Sequence record: OL964735.1
Strand: one strand, 5' to 3'
Length of the DNA stretch: 64,000 nt
Origin: Escherichia phage T4
Below are positions 63,487 through 64,000 of this stretch, one piece after another. How positions within the stretch are numbered: position 1 is the first letter of the stretch; each line of letters opens with the position of its first letter. A program made the translations under genes and the position numbers. The notes beneath the pieces were generated by a model. The model was not told where the DNA came from, ran no database searches, and saw only the letters and a program-made list of their open reading frames with translations.

Positions 63487-63945
63487 TTAGTAAAGGTCCT
63501 CAGAGTAAAGTTCTTTTTCACTACCACGTTCAATACTTACTTGTCCAGCGTAAGTTGCAATAATCATTGCTTCTTCACGTGTCCAATAATTACTATATTG
63601 GTCAATAAACCCTTGGTCATCATCACAAACTTGCTGAGTAACTAATTGAGGTTTAACTACATCTAAAACTTCTGCCATATCTTTAGAATAATGACGAGCA
63701 CCTGGAATAATAAGAGTTCGTCCATCTTTTAATTTAAAACGGTTGGCTGCGCAAACAATTCGTCGTTGATACTTTTGGTTTTCATCCCAGTACGCAGTCT
63801 GCCAACAGATTTCAGGAACTTCTTTCAGAATATCTTCTTCTGTGCATTTATAACCATGCGCTTTAAATTTTTCAACAAGACTTTCTGGAGTTTCACGAGA
63901 TAAAGGAACATTCAGCATTTTTAAACGATTGATAAATGGGTTCAT
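63487..63945 (-). CDS. hypothetical protein (arn.x / motA-proximal region)
   Basis: 152-aa ORF. Confidence 0.6.
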
Positions 63946-64000
63946 TTAAACCATCCTTTAATACGCTGCCACAAAGTTTTCTGTTGAGCTTTGTTGACGC

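Overview
This 64 kb window is a contiguous, AT-rich segment of a T4-type myovirus genome (Tequatrovirus). Gene order, protein lengths and many sequences match what I recall of phage T4 from gene 18 through the asiA/arn region; this is recognition from memory, not a database search. Content in order: late structural module on + (tail sheath 18, tail tube 19, portal 20, prohead core 67/68/21/22, major capsid 23, vertex 24); an accessory block (segD, rnlB, hoc, inh, segE, uvsW, uvsY); baseplate hub genes (25, 26, 51, 27, 28, 29, 48, 54); a long early/middle cluster on - (alt and alt-like ORFs, DNA ligase 30, 30.x ORFs, rIII, 31, cd, pseT, alc, rnlA, denA, nrdB with group I intron, mobE, nrdA, td with group I intron and I-TevI, frd, 32, segG, 59, 33, dsbA, rnh); then long tail fibre genes 34-38, holin t, asiA and arn on the right. 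I found no tRNA, rRNA or CRISPR array. I did not find a convincing previously undescribed system: every large element corresponds to known T4 biology. The less-characterised items worth a second look are a NADAR-like ORF near alt, a frameshifted partial duplicate of the alt 5' end, a 54-bp promoter/RBS cassette repeated 13 kb apart, and a 244-bp ORF-free gap beside rIII. Several ORF-track starts use TTG/GTG and were moved to a downstream ATG with an RBS.
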